A stretch of 64,000 nucleotides of DNA, taken from contig SCUM01000002.1 in assembly GCA_004297215.1 (NCBI GenBank), positions 6,270 through 70,269 of the forward strand, given 5' to 3'. Origin of the DNA: Patescibacteria group bacterium. Lineage in GTDB: Bacteria > Patescibacteriota > Patescibacteriia > UBA9934 > GWF2-40-263. This document shows, one piece after another, positions 45,878-54,514 of the stretch; the first letter of the stretch is position 1; each line of letters opens with the position of its first letter. A model generated the notes under the pieces. That model saw nothing but the letters and a program-made list of their open reading frames with translations. It did not search any database and had not been told where the DNA came from. Position numbers and translations under genes: made by a program.

Positions 45878-45960
45878 TAACCAAGTCCGACGCGCTGATG
45901 CGGTCGGACCCCCGACCCCCCAGAATCCCTTTGGGCGTCGGGGCTGAGCTACCCAGCCAT
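45878..45960 (-). pseudogene. Duplicated 5' fragment of the tRNA(CAT), interrupted by a double-hairpin element
   Basis: GGCTGGGTAGCTCAG-[59 nt]-TTGGTTA reproduces nt 1-22 of the downstream tRNA. Confidence 0.65.
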
Positions 45961-46016
45961 CATGGCTCGGAAAGGATAGTCGATTGCCACATCTTTGGCA
46001 AGTCTCGCTGGCACCG

Positions 46017-46050
46017 CCAGCCGAAGCTCCTCTCAAGGAGCGAAGGCTGG
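46017..46050. repeat. Imperfect palindrome abutting the tRNA-Leu 3' end
   Basis: CCAGCCGAAGCTCCT-CTCA-AGGAGCGAAGGCTGG. Confidence 0.5.
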
Positions 46051-46133
46051 TGCTGGAGGAGGGAGTCGAACCCTCATGCCCTTGCGGACAGCGGATTTTG
46101 AGTCCGCCGCGTATACCATTCCGCCACTCCAGC
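46048..46133 (-). tRNA. tRNA-Leu(CAA)
   Basis: GCTGGAG..CTCCAGC-A-CCA; loop CT-CAA-AA; long variable arm. Confidence 0.95.
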
Positions 46134-46218
46134 GCGGGGCGAATGTAACACGTTTTTCTCTCATCGTCCATCCCTTCCCATGCCCGGGGATTCGTGGTAC
46201 CTTAGCCCCGTTCAAGCT

Positions 46219-46683
46219 ATGACCCTCACCACCCACGCCACCCTGGGCGCCGTCATCGGAGGCGCCACCGGGAACCCCGCCCTCGCCTTCGTCGGCGGGT
46301 TCGTGTCGCACCTGCTCATCGACATGATCCCCCACGGCGACACCGGCATCAGCGACAACTTCCGCGTGCACAAGACCAGGCAGAATCGCGCGGTCGCCTA
46401 CGTGACAGTGGACGCGATCGTGGCCATCCTGTTCGTGCTCGTGATTGCCAACACGCGTGACATCGACCACACGCGCACGTTCACCTGGGGGATCATCGGC
46501 GGCGTGCTGCCGGACCTGCTCGTGGGCGTCTATGAGATTACCAAGACTCCGTTCTTGAAGTGGTTCAACGTGGTGCACTTCTTCTTCCACGACTTCTTCG
46601 TGAAACGCCGCGGCGACGTCCCGCTGTACTACGCCCTCCTCGCCCAGGTGGTGCTCATCGCGTATTTGCAGACGAAGTTGTGA
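46219..46683 (+). CDS. Membrane protein, metal-dependent hydrolase-like
   Basis: TTHA..G, SHLLIDMIPH, LPD, H..FH motifs in a TM context. Confidence 0.65.
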   Translation: MTLTTHATLGAVIGGATGNPALAFVGGFVSHLLIDMIPHGDTGISDNFRVHKTRQNRAVAYVTVDAIVAILFVLVIANTRDIDHTRTFTWGIIGGVLPDLLVGVYEITKTPFLKWFNVVHFFFHDFFVKRRGDVPLYYALLAQVVLIAYLQTKL

Positions 46684-46800
46684 AGGTGGTAAAGGTTTGA
46701 AGGGTTGTAAGGGTTTGAAGAGTGATGGACAGCCGGTCATATGCCGGCTGTTTTTCGATTCCAACACTCTTACAACCTTTCAAACCCTTACAACCTCTTC
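46683..46800. repeat. Low-complexity 9-mer-tandem palindrome between convergent genes
   Basis: GGTTTGAAG/GGTTGTAAG units mirrored by CTTACAACC/TTTCAAACC. Confidence 0.6.
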
Positions 46801-47940
46801 TAGAACTTTCAACGTCTCCCTCGCCGCCCGTTCCCACGTGAACGCGGCAGCTCTTCGTTTTCCCTCTTCGACCAGCTCTTTCGTCCCGTCAGGCAAGAGC
46901 AGGCACTGGGCGAGCGCGAGCGACATCGCTTCCGCGTCGTCGGGAGCCACCAGGATGCCGGCATCGCCCACCACTTCCGGGAGCGCCCCGCCGGTGCTCG
47001 CGATCACCGGCACCCCGGCGGCCATGGCCTCGAGCGCGGGGAGCCCGAACCCTTCGTGCCAGGACGGGATGAGCAGTGCTCCGGCGCGCGCGAGCAGGCT
47101 CCACTTCTCCTGCTCCGTGACGGCGCCGAGCACGCGAACCAGGCCGTCCGGCGCATGCGCGCGCCACGCCTCGTTCACCGCGTCCGCGGCCGCGAGCGTA
47201 TCCTCCGCTTTCCAGCCGATCGCTCCGGCGATCACGTAGCGCGATCCGGCGGCGCGGTCCGGACAGCGGCGAAGGTACGCGTCGAACGCGCGGATCGCGG
47301 TCGCGTAGTTCTTGCGCGGCTCCACCGTGCCGATGGAGAGCACCAGGTCGTCGGGCTGCGACGCGCGCGCGAAGGCGTCCGGAAGCGATACGCCCTCATG
47401 GATGACGACGGTCTTCCCCGACGATTCGGGGAACCGCGCCGCAAGCGAGGCCCGTGTCGCCCGGGAAACCGCGATGACGGCCGCGGCCCGGCGCACGCTG
47501 CGCGGGAAGATGAGTCGACGCGACCAGTTATCCCGGTCGCCCTCCGGAAACCAGTCGGGATGGTCGTACACGGACAGGTCGTGGACCGTGACGACCGACG
47601 GCCCGCGCCAGCCCAGCGGCGCTTCCCCGCTCGGACAAAACAGCAGGTCCGGCCGTTCCATCATGAGCCGGATCGGCGTGACGAGATGCCTCCCGACAAA
47701 CGGCAGTCTCCTCCTCCCCATCCTCACGACCCTGAGGCCTGTGGCCTTGTCCGCCTGAGGCCTCACCGCCTTCAACTCCTCCTCCTCCCGTCGCGAAAAC
47801 GCCGCCGGGACGGCGACGACGAGCGGATGCGAGGTAAGCGCGCAGAGCGCTCGGACGATCGACCAGGTGTAATGGCCGATCCCGGCGCCGCGGCTGCCGT
47901 CTAAGGCGCAAATGTCCCTAGCGTCGATGGCGATGGTCAT
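46780..47940 (-). CDS. Glycosyltransferase family 4 (GT-B) protein
   Basis: IAIDAR, TVHDL, AVS, GTVEPRKN, EGFGLPALEAMAAGVPV; start re-placed at 47940. Confidence 0.92.
   Translation of the reverse strand: MTIAIDARDICALDGSRGAGIGHYTWSIVRALCALTSHPLVVAVPAAFSRREEEELKAVRPQADKATGLRVVRMGRRRLPFVGRHLVTPIRLMMERPDLLFCPSGEAPLGWRGPSVVTVHDLSVYDHPDWFPEGDRDNWSRRLIFPRSVRRAAAVIAVSRATRASLAARFPESSGKTVVIHEGVSLPDAFARASQPDDLVLSIGTVEPRKNYATAIRAFDAYLRRCPDRAAGSRYVIAGAIGWKAEDTLAAADAVNEAWRAHAPDGLVRVLGAVTEQEKWSLLARAGALLIPSWHEGFGLPALEAMAAGVPVIASTGGALPEVVGDAGILVAPDDAEAMSLALAQCLLLPDGTKELVEEGKRRAAAFTWERAARETLKVLEEVVRV
47730..47773. repeat. AAGGC/GCCTT-family half element in frame inside the GT4 gene
   Basis: CCTGAGGCCTGTGGCCTTGTCCGCCTGAGGCCTCACCGCCTT. 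Confidence 0.7.
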
Positions 47941-48401
47941 CAGAAGAGGGCGATACCGCCGGTGGTGACGGCGAGGATCGCGAGGGCGGACACGAGCACG
48001 CCCAGGGCGATCGCCGGGAACGCCACTGCGAACGGGATCCCGAACAGCACCGAGAGGAGGGTCGCAGTCCACATGCCGGTGCCGGGGAACGGCGCGACGA
48101 CGAACACGAAGATCGCCACGGCGCTCGCCGTCTCGAAGGACTTCCGATGTTTTTCCTTCACCGCATGGAAATACGTCTGCATGAACGCATGGAACCGCGG
48201 ACTCACGCGCTCGAGGGACCGCAACGCGATCGGAAGCGTGAGGTAGATGAACGGCACGGGGACCAGGTTGCCGATCACGGATGCCGCGAACGCCACGAAC
48301 GTGGGGAGCTTGTACGCGAGGATTCCCAATGGCAACGCGCCGCGCGTCTCGATGACGGGCAGCATGGCAATACACATCACTTGGATCCAGGCGGGGATCA
48401 T
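47940..48401 (-). CDS. Small multi-drug export protein family (COG2426) membrane protein
   Basis: MLPVIETRGALP, GNLVPVP, FVVAPFPGTGMWT. Confidence 0.85.
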   Translation of the reverse strand: MIPAWIQVMCIAMLPVIETRGALPLGILAYKLPTFVAFAASVIGNLVPVPFIYLTLPIALRSLERVSPRFHAFMQTYFHAVKEKHRKSFETASAVAIFVFVVAPFPGTGMWTATLLSVLFGIPFAVAFPAIALGVLVSALAILAVTTGGIALF

Positions 48402-48411
48402 GGGAGGCAGG

Positions 48412-49398
48412 TCATGACTTCTGTTCGTCAGGCCATTTGTACACCTTAAAGGCCCACGCGGCGAGCGCTTTCGCGTCCTGGAACCGGCCGTCCTTGCTGT
48501 CGGAGCCGAGCACGACCACGATGACCTCGTGGCCGCCCCCTTCGGAGACGATGGAGCCGAAACAGTATCCGGCCTCCGGCAGGAATCCGGTCTTCCCGCC
48601 CACGATGCGGTAGGGCGGCCTGTTCATGAAGGTGCCCAGCAGGTCGTTCGTGCTCTCCACGCGGTAGGTGCGTCCCGACGCGCCGCGGATGTCCACGGCG
48701 GAGAGCTCGGTGGCCGCGCGGATCTCCTCCACCTGCATGGTGCGGTCGATCATGCGCACGAGGTCCGGGGCGATGGACCGGTTGTCGGAGGAAAGCCCGG
48801 TCTCGTCCACGAACGTGGTCTTGCGCATCCCCATCTCGGCGGCCGTCTCGTTCATGCGGGCCACGAAATCCCCGCCCGGGAGGCCGGAGAGGCGGACGAG
48901 CGCGGCGGTAGCCGTGTTGTCCGACCCCACCAAGCTCGCGCGAAGGAGGTCGCGAACCGTCACTTGGTCGCCGCCCGAGAGGTGCTGCACGCCTCCCGCG
49001 CGGACGTCGGAGGACTGGATCTCCGCCGGGGCGGACAGGTCAGGCCGACCTTCCAGGAACACGTACGCGGTCATGAGCTTGGTGATGGATCCGATGGAAC
49101 GCGGCTCCTCGGCATTCTTCTCGAACAGCACCTCGCCGGTCGCGCGGTCCACCACCATGGCGCTCACGGCCGTGGTCACCACCCCGAGGCTCTCCGCCTC
49201 CACTTTCACAGGCTTGCGGTCGCCCGCCTCCGGAAGGATCGGCCGGGCCATGAGGGAGAGCGCGTCGCGGACCCCGGCGCCCTCGCGCGGGGCGGACACG
49301 GGGAGCGTGGCCGCGCGTTCAACAACCCCCGCGTCGATCGGGAACATCTGGAACAGCGTCGTGGCAAGGATGAGTTGGGCGGCGAGCCGGATGATCAT
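48412..49398 (-). CDS. D-alanyl-D-alanine carboxypeptidase/endopeptidase (peptidase S11)
   Basis: SITKLMT (SxxK), SDN, GKTGF; start re-placed at 49398. Confidence 0.9.
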   Translation of the reverse strand: MIIRLAAQLILATTLFQMFPIDAGVVERAATLPVSAPREGAGVRDALSLMARPILPEAGDRKPVKVEAESLGVVTTAVSAMVVDRATGEVLFEKNAEEPRSIGSITKLMTAYVFLEGRPDLSAPAEIQSSDVRAGGVQHLSGGDQVTVRDLLRASLVGSDNTATAALVRLSGLPGGDFVARMNETAAEMGMRKTTFVDETGLSSDNRSIAPDLVRMIDRTMQVEEIRAATELSAVDIRGASGRTYRVESTNDLLGTFMNRPPYRIVGGKTGFLPEAGYCFGSIVSEGGGHEVIVVVLGSDSKDGRFQDAKALAAWAFKVYKWPDEQKS

Positions 49399-49408
49399 GG
49401 GGTCAAGG

Positions 49409-49960
49409 CTATTCGGCCGGCATGGCGTTGAGCTCCTCGAGCATCTTGCCGATGCGCTCGTTGCCGTGGAGGTCGCCGTATTGCGGCAACTCCGACGCGG
49501 CGTGCACGCCGAGGTGGCGGAGGAACTTGAGCGAGACGGTGTACACGGGCTGGAGGCGCGCAACGTCATCGGCCTCCTCGATGAGTCCGCGCAAGGCAAG
49601 GTTGCGCAGGATGAGGGAGCAGTTGATCCCGCGGATCTGCTCGATCTCGGGCTTGGTGATCGGCCCGCGGTACGCGATGATCGTGAGGGTCTCCAGGCTC
49701 GGGCGCGTCAATTCCCCGCTCGCCTCCTGCTTGAGCATCGCCGCGAGCGCCTCGGCGCATGAGGGGTTGGTGGCGAACTGCACGGCGCCGTCAGCTTCCA
49801 CCAGGTGAATGCCGCTCGTTTCCGCGTTGAAACGCGCCTTCACGTCGTCGAGCGCCTCGCGCAGCACCTCGTCGGACACGCCAAGCGCCTTCTTGAGCGT
49901 CGTGACGGTGAGGGGCTTCGCCGAGGCGAAGAGGATGGCTTCGAGGGTCGTGGTGATCAT
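49409..49960 (-). CDS. scpB: SMC-Scp complex subunit ScpB
   Basis: LEAILF, LETL.IIAYRGPITK.EI..IRG, FL..LG. Confidence 0.93.
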   Translation of the reverse strand: MITTTLEAILFASAKPLTVTTLKKALGVSDEVLREALDDVKARFNAETSGIHLVEADGAVQFATNPSCAEALAAMLKQEASGELTRPSLETLTIIAYRGPITKPEIEQIRGINCSLILRNLALRGLIEEADDVARLQPVYTVSLKFLRHLGVHAASELPQYGDLHGNERIGKMLEELNAMPAE

Positions 49961-49964
49961 AGGA

Positions 49965-50032
49965 GGAGGCGTGAAGGCTGTAGGCGTGAAGGCATCAGGG
50001 GATTCCTGGGGCCTTGTCGCCTGAGGCCTTCC
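49965..50032. repeat. AAGGC/GCCTT-family repeat in the scpA-scpB spacer
   Basis: GGCGTGAAGGCTGTAGGCGTGAAGGC..GCCTTGTCGCCTGAGGCCTTCC. Confidence 0.72.
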
Positions 50033-50035
50033 GGT

Positions 50036-50734
50036 CTAATCAGCTCTCGCGATCGTGATGTCCGCGAAAGAATCGCTCTGGGCCACGCGCACCACGCGCT
50101 GCTTCACGAGCTCGAGCAGCGCGAGGAAGCTCACCACCACGTCCACCTTGCTCGCGGCGCCGGCGGACACCTCGCGGAACGTAAGCCGCGCGCGTTCGAG
50201 GATGGCGCGGTGGATGTCGCGGATGCGCTCTTGGACGGACACGACGCGTTCCATGGCCGTCTGGCGCAAGGCAAAGAACGGCTCGAGGCGCTTGAGCATG
50301 ACGTGGAAGGCGTCGGCGAGCGTCTGGGGGGAAATCCCTTCCGGCGGCGAGAACGAGGCGACGGCGACGGCCTTGGCACGCTCGCGCGCGAACATGTTCG
50401 CCGGGGCGTTCCACAGCGCCTCGATCCCCTTGCTCGCGTCCGCGAACTCCTTGTACATCTTGAGCTGCAGCGCGAGCGCATTGCCGTCCACTTCTTCCTC
50501 CACCGCGAGCTGCGGCAGGATCGCCTTGCTCTTGAGGAGCAGCAGCTTGGTGGCGACCATCAGGAAATCGGCGAGCTCCTCGGCCGGCACGTCGGTCGCG
50601 TTCACGTAACGCAAATAGTCGTCCGCCACCTTCGCGAGCGACACCTCGGTGATGGGCAATTCCTCCCGCTCGATGATCTCAAGCAGGAGCTGGAGCGGCC
50701 CGGAAAATTTCTCAAGGGAGACGGCGAAAGGCAT
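50036..50734 (-). CDS. scpA: Segregation and condensation protein ScpA
   Basis: FSGPLQLLL, FLMVA..LL..KS..LP, FLALLELVK. Confidence 0.92.
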   Translation of the reverse strand: MPFAVSLEKFSGPLQLLLEIIEREELPITEVSLAKVADDYLRYVNATDVPAEELADFLMVATKLLLLKSKAILPQLAVEEEVDGNALALQLKMYKEFADASKGIEALWNAPANMFARERAKAVAVASFSPPEGISPQTLADAFHVMLKRLEPFFALRQTAMERVVSVQERIRDIHRAILERARLTFREVSAGAASKVDVVVSFLALLELVKQRVVRVAQSDSFADITIARAD

Positions 50735-50812
50735 GAGGGCGTGAAGGCGATAAGGCCTCAGGGATTATACCAGTTTTCCTGCGGCCTTCCTGCCTGAGGC
50801 CTTCACGCCTTC
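50728..50812. repeat. AAGGC/GCCTT-family repeat in the aspS-scpA spacer, enclosing a TATAAT (minus strand)
   Basis: GGCGTGAAGGCGATAAGGCCTCAGG..GCCTTCCTGCCTGAGGCCTTCACGCCTT. Confidence 0.72.
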
Positions 50813-52224
50813 CGAATATGCACCTCCCGCAGCGCCTTCTCGGGCATGTCGCTCGGCGCTCCCATCATCGGATCCCGGGCGTCGCCGGTCTTCGGGAAGG
50901 CGATGACCTCGCGAATGTTGGGCTCATTGCACAGGAGGGCGATCAGGCGGTCGAGGCCCAGCGCGATGCCGCCGTGCGGAGGCGCGCCGAAGGGGAACGC
51001 CTCGAGCATGTGCCCGAACTGCGCCTTGATGTCATCGAGCGCGAACCCCATGATCTCGAACACGCGCTGCAGCGCCTCCGGCTCGTGGTTCCTTATGCTC
51101 CCGCCCCCGATCTCAAACCCGTTGAGCACGACGTCATACTGGCTGGTGAGGATGCTGCCGATGTCCTTCTTCCCCATGAGCGCCTCGCGGTGCTCCGGCA
51201 CGGCGCGCGAGAACGGGTTGTGCGTGAACGTCCATCCCTGTCCTGAGCCTGTCGAAGGGCCGCCATCCTCCGTCTTCTCAAAGAACGGGAAGTCGATCAC
51301 CCAGCAGAACGCGAGCAGGTTCGGGTCATTCTTGTCCTCGCGGATGTCCGGCCGATCATTCCCATATTTCTCCATCGACTCCTTGTAGCTCATGCGCGGG
51401 AACGGTACTTGCTGGATGCGTTTCTCCGGCGACTGCTCCTTCACGAGCTTCACGAGCATCCCCTCGATGAGCCCCATCACGTCCTCGCGCTCCACGAAGC
51501 TCATCTCGAGATCCACCTGCGTGAACTCCGGCTGGCGGTCGCCGCGCTGGTCCTCGTCGCGGAAGCACCGGGCGATCTGGAAGTAACGCTCCTTCCCGGC
51601 CACCATCAGGAGCTGTTTGTGCTGCTGGGGCGACTGCGGGAGCACGTAGAACTTGCCCGGATGCACGCGGCTGGGCACCAGGAACTCGCGCGCGCCCTCG
51701 GGCGTCCCCTTGGTGAGAATCGGGGTTTCCACCTCGGTGAAGTGCTCGCCATACAGGTGTTCGCGGATGAACCGCGTGATGGCGCTACGCTTCCACATGT
51801 TCCTGTGCATCCGGTCCGAACGCAGGTCGAGGTAGCGATACTTGAGGCGCAGCTCCTCGTTGATCCCGCTCGTGTCCTTATCGATCTCGAACGGCGGCGT
51901 CTCGCAGGCGTTGAGGATCGCCACGCGCTTGGCCGAAAGCTCCACGGCGCCGTTGCGCTCCCCTTCCTTCGCCTGCTTCGCGCCGCGCGCCTTCACCTCG
52001 CCCTCGATCTCGAGCACGTACTCGGTTTTGATCGAGTCCACCGCCGCGGCCACTTCAGGCGACAGGTCGGGCTTGTAGCAGACGACCTGAAGGATGCCGC
52101 TGCCGTCGCGCAGGTCAATGAACACCAGCTTGTCGCCCATCACGCGCACCGACTTCGCCCACCCCTTGAAGGTCGCCGTCTGCCCGGCCATGTCCGCCGC
52201 GTCGTGAATCCAGGTTCGTTCCAT
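50803..52224 (-). CDS. aspS: Aspartate--tRNA ligase (short form)
   Basis: FIDLRD, RLKYRYLDLR, TPEGAREF, LPQSPQ, CFRDED.R.DRQPEFTQ.D.E, GAPPHGG, IAFPK. Confidence 0.95.
   Translation of the reverse strand: MERTWIHDAADMAGQTATFKGWAKSVRVMGDKLVFIDLRDGSGILQVVCYKPDLSPEVAAAVDSIKTEYVLEIEGEVKARGAKQAKEGERNGAVELSAKRVAILNACETPPFEIDKDTSGINEELRLKYRYLDLRSDRMHRNMWKRSAITRFIREHLYGEHFTEVETPILTKGTPEGAREFLVPSRVHPGKFYVLPQSPQQHKQLLMVAGKERYFQIARCFRDEDQRGDRQPEFTQVDLEMSFVEREDVMGLIEGMLVKLVKEQSPEKRIQQVPFPRMSYKESMEKYGNDRPDIREDKNDPNLLAFCWVIDFPFFEKTEDGGPSTGSGQGWTFTHNPFSRAVPEHREALMGKKDIGSILTSQYDVVLNGFEIGGGSIRNHEPEALQRVFEIMGFALDDIKAQFGHMLEAFPFGAPPHGGIALGLDRLIALLCNEPNIREVIAFPKTGDARDPMMGAPSDMPEKALREVHIRKA
51238..51261 (-). repeat. 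REP-like element in frame inside aspS (encodes GPSTGSGQ)
   Basis: GGCCCTTCGACAGGCTCAGGACAG matches the intergenic copy at 45644-45664. Confidence 0.7.
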
Positions 52225-52225
52225 A

Positions 52226-53521
52226 TTACGGGGTGAGTCGGTTAATGAGCCTCGGGAACGGGATGGTCTCGCGGATGTGCTGCACTCCGCAGATCCAGCC
52301 CACGATGCGCTCGAGGCCGTAGCCGAAGCCGCTGTGCGGGACCGAGCCGTACTTGCGCAGGTCGAGATACCACTGGAATTGGTCGACGGGCAGCGCGTGC
52401 TCCCTGATGCGGGCGAGCAAAGCGTCGTGGTCGTCCTCGCGCTGGCTCCCGCCGATGATCTCGCCGTAGCCTTCGGGCGCGAGCAGGTCGGCGTTGAGCA
52501 CGCGCGTGGGATCGGCCGGGTCCCGCTTCATGTAGAACGCCTTCACGACGGCCGGGTACTTTTCCACGAAGATGGGGCGGTCGTACTGCTTGGTGAGGAT
52601 CGTCTCGTCGTCGGCGCCCAAATCGTCCATGTCGCCGATGTCGCTGCCCAGCTCGCGCAGCTTCTTCACCGCCTCGGCATGCGTCATGCGCACGAACGGG
52701 GCCTGCACCTTCTTGAGCGGCTCGACGTCACGCTCCAAGATCTTGAGCTCGTGCGCATTCTTCGCGAGCACGTCCGCAACGATGCGGCATATGAGCCCTT
52801 CCTGGATGGCGAGGTTCCCCTCGTGCTCCACGAATGCGGCCTCGGCGTCCATCATCCAAAACTCGGTGAGGTGCCGGCGCGTCTTCGATTTCTCGGCGCG
52901 GAACACCGGCCCGAAGTCGAAGCAGCGCCCGACGCTCATCACGGCAGCTTCAAGATACAGCTGCCCTGACTGCGACAAGTACGCCTTGCCGAGCTCGAAG
53001 TAATCCATTTCGAAAAGCTCGGTCGTCCCTTCGCACGCGTTCGGTGTGAGGATCGGCGAATCGATCTTGATGAATCCCTGCTCGTTGAGATAAGCGAAAG
53101 TAGAATTGATGATCGTGTTGCGCACGCGCTGGATCGCCCACTGCTTCTCGCTGCGCAGCCACAGGTGGCGCTGGTCGTGGAGGAAATCCGGCCCGTGGTC
53201 CTTCTTGCCGATCGGATAATCGTCCGGCGCGATTTGGATTGCCTTGAAGGAGGTCCCGTCAAGTTCAAACCCGGTCCCGGCACGATCCGGCTTCACCGTC
53301 CCCGTGACGATGACCGACGACTCCAGGCGGATGCTCTCAAGGATCGCCCACTGCTCTTGCGAAAGCGCCGCCTTGGAATAGACGACCTGCACGCGCCCGG
53401 TCCCGTCGCGGAACTGCAAAAAGAAAATCTTCCCGCTGGAGCGGAAGTTGTACGCCCAGCCTTTAAGCTCGATTTCTTGGCCAACGTGAGCGCCGATTTC
53501 GGAGACGGTCGTCGAGGTCAT
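52226..53521 (-). CDS. asnS: Asparagine--tRNA ligase
   Basis: RHLWLR, YLSQSGQLYLE, FRAEKS.TRRHLTEFWM, GEIIGGSQRE, WYLDLRKYGSVPHSGFG.GLER. Confidence 0.95.
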   Translation of the reverse strand: MTSTTVSEIGAHVGQEIELKGWAYNFRSSGKIFFLQFRDGTGRVQVVYSKAALSQEQWAILESIRLESSVIVTGTVKPDRAGTGFELDGTSFKAIQIAPDDYPIGKKDHGPDFLHDQRHLWLRSEKQWAIQRVRNTIINSTFAYLNEQGFIKIDSPILTPNACEGTTELFEMDYFELGKAYLSQSGQLYLEAAVMSVGRCFDFGPVFRAEKSKTRRHLTEFWMMDAEAAFVEHEGNLAIQEGLICRIVADVLAKNAHELKILERDVEPLKKVQAPFVRMTHAEAVKKLRELGSDIGDMDDLGADDETILTKQYDRPIFVEKYPAVVKAFYMKRDPADPTRVLNADLLAPEGYGEIIGGSQREDDHDALLARIREHALPVDQFQWYLDLRKYGSVPHSGFGYGLERIVGWICGVQHIRETIPFPRLINRLTP

Positions 53522-53661
53522 AGCATCCAAAGTCAGCGCAAATTGTAGCGAAAAGACTCGGAAAAGGCAATGAAAAAACTCGGAGTCTAGGGTTGGGGCC
53601 CATAGAGATCCGAGCTTTGAGCAGTTCAAATCACAGGTTCACCGTGAAGAGTCGGTTCAGA

Positions 53662-54324
53662 TCAGGGGAAGTGACCATACTTCTCAAATTCCCCCGGCTC
53701 GGCATCGAGTTTGTAGCCACCAAGCTGGAGCGCGGGGTGGTCGGCGTTGTGGCCGATGTGCTCATGGTAGAGCCAAACGATGGTGAGACTCTCATCGGTA
53801 AAGGTGTACCACATGGTGGAATACTTGGCATAATCCACCACAGCCCACTCCACTGTGGGTTTGTGGTTGTCGGTGTCATGACCCATCAGGCGGTTCTTGC
53901 CGGATTTCAGACAGTCCAAGCGTCGCGTAAGAAATCCGCGCACGCGCTCGATGCGGTTCGCATGCATCTCGAAGGTCTGCTCGACTCCCTTCTCCCCTTC
54001 CCCTTTGCGGATGCGTAGGGTGAGGAACGTTTGGCGGCCCTTTGGGAGCTCCGGTGCGCTCTTCGCGAGCGCGTCGAACGTTTCTTCGCCGTATCCCCAG
54101 CCCTCTTCCTCGTTGGCGATCCGGAACCGATTGATGAGCTCCTCCACCGGCAAGGCGAAGGGGTTGGAGTCCCTAAACGACCGATAGGACTCCAACATTT
54201 GGCCGAACAACGACGGGTCCTCAACGATGTTTTTGACCTCCTCGGCCGTCATGTTCGACGCAACGATCACGCGCTCGAACGCCATCCATTCTCCGAGGGT
54301 CAATTCTTTCGGAAGGCGAGCCAT
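53662..54324 (-). CDS. Hypothetical protein, possibly C-terminally truncated
   Basis: SD-like AAAGGGG before MARLPKE; lower-GC codon usage than neighbours. Confidence 0.6.
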   Translation of the reverse strand: MARLPKELTLGEWMAFERVIVASNMTAEEVKNIVEDPSLFGQMLESYRSFRDSNPFALPVEELINRFRIANEEEGWGYGEETFDALAKSAPELPKGRQTFLTLRIRKGEGEKGVEQTFEMHANRIERVRGFLTRRLDCLKSGKNRLMGHDTDNHKPTVEWAVVDYAKYSTMWYTFTDESLTIVWLYHEHIGHNADHPALQLGGYKLDAEPGEFEKYGHFP

Positions 54325-54514
54325 GTGGCGAGCCCCTTTCTTGTTGCCGCGTGGCGAGTATGAGTCGTCCAACCATCTGAACACCCATGCGAACCATTGT
54401 TTGAACGCGGCCATTTATGGCCGAGATTCAGCCCCAAATTACCGCGTTCAAGCACGACTCTTTATTAAAAGAACGACTGCTAAGAGTAGATGAAAAGGAG
54501 ACTTTTGTCAACCC

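Noticed and set aside
46780-48375. N-terminal extensions in the ORF track (GT4 531 aa, map 340 aa, S11 395 aa, VWA protein 1728 aa, dprA 333 aa)
   Set aside because: Extensions overlap upstream genes; family-typical starts lie downstream, so starts were re-placed
53585-53700. Genetic code 25 (TGA = Gly) suggested by in-frame TGAs
   Set aside because: TGA is the clear terminator of many conserved genes here (smpB, infC, pyk, topA, rpsH)
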